Both the position numbers and the translations under genes were made by a program. This document shows positions 32,547 through 34,482 of a DNA stretch of 34,482 bases, piece after piece. How positions within the stretch are numbered: the stretch's first letter is position 1; every line of letters begins with the position of its first letter. The notes beneath the pieces are model-generated. The model had not been told where the DNA came from, did not search any database, and worked only from the letters and a program-made list of their open reading frames with translations. The stretch spans positions 1-34,482 of the forward strand of contig JAZUFS010000297.1 in the NCBI GenBank assembly GCA_045640805.1, in the 5' to 3' direction. This stretch comes from Treponemataceae bacterium. Its GTDB lineage: Bacteria; Spirochaetota; Spirochaetia; Treponematales; Treponemataceae.

Positions 32547-33878
32547 TCAGATTGTTTTGCGGAAAACCTTACTGCCGCGTTCCGGACTCCAGATGGCACG
32601 GCGCTCTTCGGGGAGTGTGTCGACGGAACTCAGTGTGAAACCCAGCTTCTCGAACCAATCGCTTGTCTGTGTCGTCAGTATGAACACATCCTTGATGTTG
32701 GCATCTTTCGCTTCGTCAAGCAGATGCTCCACAAGCTTTGGCCCGATTCCCATGTGAGAATATTCCTGATCCACAGCTACGGCCGAAATTTCTGCCTGTC
32801 GGGGAGTGGTGTCGTAAACATGCAGCGCTGCACATGCCTTTATACCGCCGTCCAGTTCGTAGACGATGTAGTCTGCAAGATGTGCAGTCAGCATCTGTTC
32901 GGTGCGTGGCAGCAGATTGCCGAGTTTGACAAACGGCCGCATCAGTGAAAGAACGAGAGGGATATCTTCTTCTTTCATGTGTCTGAGCTGACCGTAATCG
33001 CTCTTGTAAATCATTGTGCCGGTACCCAGGTCTGAATAAATCTCATAAAGAAGCGCGCCGTCTTCAAGCCCGTCGACAATATGTGCACGGCTGACCGTTT
33101 TTGAACAGGCATATAATGCAAGCTGCAGTTGTGAGTACAGCTTCTGATTTTTCGTCAGGGCGGTTCTGTTCTTGTCGATGAAAGCCTCGAGTTCATCGAC
33201 ATTCAGTGCAGGGATGAAACCTTCAGAAGTGTAACTTAATTCCGTCTTCCAGAATGCGGCTTCAAGTGGTGTCGATGATGACAGGAAGAACAGTTTGTTT
33301 GCAGAAAGCCGTACGGCAAGTTCAGTTGCCAGAGCCTGCGATGAAATGTTTATTGGCTTTCCATTCGTGTTCCAGCCGATACATGGGAAGATCGGGATAA
33401 ATCCGTCATTCAGTATTGAAGTCAGGGCGTCTATATCGATTTTATCAATCTCACCGGCAGTGGCATAATCTACGCCGTCAACGACTCCTTTAGAACGTGC
33501 CTGTACCCAGTTACCGATTACGGCTGTCAGTTTTTCCTTGGCAAGTTGTGTCATGACCTTATTGGAAACGTCGAAGGCTGCCATCTTAATAACAGGCATT
33601 GCGTTTTCATCTGTAATACGTACATTACCGACTGTCTTCCAGGTAATGCCTGCCTGATCAAGCATTGCGTCGATCTGGTTTTTTGCGCCCGGCACAATCA
33701 TGACTTTGAGTCCTGCCTGGTGCAGATATGCTATATCCCTTATGTGGGATGAGAACAGATGCGATTCAATTATGTCCTCATCAATATGAATGACGATGAT
33801 TGTATCCTTGAAAAGAGAAATGTATCTGAGTACATTTCTGACTGATTCTGCTTTTGTGTGAATGACGTGTTCTTCCAT
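32547..33878 (-). CDS. argA: Amino-acid N-acetyltransferase (N-acetylglutamate synthase-like: amino-acid-kinase fold + GNAT)
   Basis: 443 aa. N-terminal AAK-type domain (IVIHIDEDII...KVMIVPGAKNQID) and C-terminal GNAT domain (EISAVAVDQEYSHMGIGPKLVEHLLDEAK). Confidence 0.8.
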   Translation of the reverse strand: MEEHVIHTKAESVRNVLRYISLFKDTIIVIHIDEDIIESHLFSSHIRDIAYLHQAGLKVMIVPGAKNQIDAMLDQAGITWKTVGNVRITDENAMPVIKMAAFDVSNKVMTQLAKEKLTAVIGNWVQARSKGVVDGVDYATAGEIDKIDIDALTSILNDGFIPIFPCIGWNTNGKPINISSQALATELAVRLSANKLFFLSSSTPLEAAFWKTELSYTSEGFIPALNVDELEAFIDKNRTALTKNQKLYSQLQLALYACSKTVSRAHIVDGLEDGALLYEIYSDLGTGTMIYKSDYGQLRHMKEEDIPLVLSLMRPFVKLGNLLPRTEQMLTAHLADYIVYELDGGIKACAALHVYDTTPRQAEISAVAVDQEYSHMGIGPKLVEHLLDEAKDANIKDVFILTTQTSDWFEKLGFTLSSVDTLPEERRAIWSPERGSKVFRKTI

Positions 33879-33882
33879 ATAT

Positions 33883-34482
33883 TTATTTTCGGCTGCTGTT
33901 GCCGTTTTGCATAGAATAAATGCAGCCGCAATACTCCTGCCGGTAAAGACCGAATTCCTTTGAAATTTCGAGCGATCTCAGGAACCCGTTCTTCTTTTTG
34001 AAATCTGCAAAGAGATATTCTACAGACGAAGGTATTTCATCCTTGAGCTGCTGTCCTATGGTGTTGATTTTTTCCGCGTCTTTGAACGGGCTGATTGAGA
34101 GGGTCGTCGTGAAATAATTGAACGAATGTGCAGCTGCATACTCGTAAGCTTTTTTCATGCGGAAGTAGTAACACCGGCGGCACCGTTCCCCGCGTTCACT
34201 TTCCGTCTGGAGCTCCACCTCGTTCCGGACATTGGTCGCCGTGTAATAATCTTCCGGGTCATATTCTGTGTGAATTAACGCCGGAAGTGAGGCAAACAGC
34301 GGCTTTTTCACATCAGCTGACTGCTCATCCGCTTTAAATGAAAACGACCGCTCGTTAGTTTCCAGGAATTCCTCTAGCTCACTGAGTCGCCGGGTATATT
34401 CTGCTTCAGGATAAATGTTTGGATTATAGTAATAAATGGAAATGTCGAAATATGAAGTAAGCAATTCCAGCACGTATGAACT
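33883..34482 (-). CDS. queH: Epoxyqueuosine reductase QueH (DUF208), 5' end outside window
   Basis: FDISIYYYNPNIYPEAEY, the RCRRCYYFRM cysteine pair and the C-terminal YRQEYCGCIYS are present. The frame stays open to the window edge (SSYVLELLTS...), so the listed GTG 34473 is not the true start. Confidence 0.85.
   Translation of the reverse strand, partial: SSYVLELLTSYFDISIYYYNPNIYPEAEYTRRLSELEEFLETNERSFSFKADEQSADVKKPLFASLPALIHTEYDPEDYYTATNVRNEVELQTESERGERCRRCYYFRMKKAYEYAAAHSFNYFTTTLSISPFKDAEKINTIGQQLKDEIPSSVEYLFADFKKKNGFLRSLEISKEFGLYRQEYCGCIYSMQNGNSSRK

Noticed and set aside
32382-32948. 188-aa + strand ORF (and shorter ORFs 32236-32496, 32408-32599, 32437-32757) that encode MFHVKH/VSRET peptides across the gyrA-argA spacer.
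   Set aside because: The recurring peptide is just the translation of the parS palindrome (ATGTTTCACGTGAAACA) in both directions. The long ORF is antisense to the well-supported argA-like gene and has Cys/Arg-rich, non-protein-like composition.
1-34482. Searched for mobile elements, prophage genes, toxin-antitoxin pairs, restriction-modification or other defence islands, and tRNA/rRNA genes.
   Set aside because: Every ORF over 60 aa that is not a shadow ORF has a housekeeping, metabolic or signalling assignment, or is the single hypothetical at 19299-20021. Intergenic gaps are at most 317 bp and are accounted for by promoters, terminators, oriC and parS. No cloverleaf-like or rRNA-like sequence was seen.

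Overview
This 34.5-kb chromosomal segment is about 94% coding and spans the replication-origin neighbourhood of a bacterium. Gene content and synteny look Treponema/spirochaete-like (dnaA block divergent from gyrB-gyrA, a cyclophilin-FKBP fusion lipoprotein, YesMN-type sugar sensing). That assignment is an inference I cannot verify without a database search. I support 31 protein-coding genes; rpmH (23136-23291) is missing from the ORF track because it is under 60 aa. Gene order: two sugar ABC permease genes (+); a convergent minus-strand pentose operon (FGGY kinase, araD, sugar-binding lipoprotein, histidine kinase, AraC-type response regulator); a GGDEF diguanylate cyclase plus DUF362 Fe-S protein (+); a minus-strand operon mtnN-luxS-DUF1538 membrane protein-double P-II-like protein-birA; pepF (+); a 9.6-kb co-directional minus-strand array dnaA-dnaN-recF-DUF721(DciA-like)-rpmH-rnpA-yidD-yidC-jag-unknown secreted protein-cyclophilin/FKBP lipoprotein; divergent gyrB-gyrA (+); argA-like and queH (-). 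Non-coding highlights are a candidate oriC (AT-rich unwinding block plus DnaA-box array) in the dnaA-dnaN spacer, two perfect 16-bp parS palindromes bracketing a bidirectional terminator after gyrA, a promoter-proximal terminator in the pepF leader, and a possible leaderless dnaA mRNA. I saw no tRNA, rRNA, CRISPR array, transposase/integrase, prophage or recognisable defence system. My best candidate for undescribed biology is the duplicated DUF1538 membrane protein with its fused tandem P-II-like partner, wired into the mtnN-luxS operon. Most of the rest is core housekeeping.
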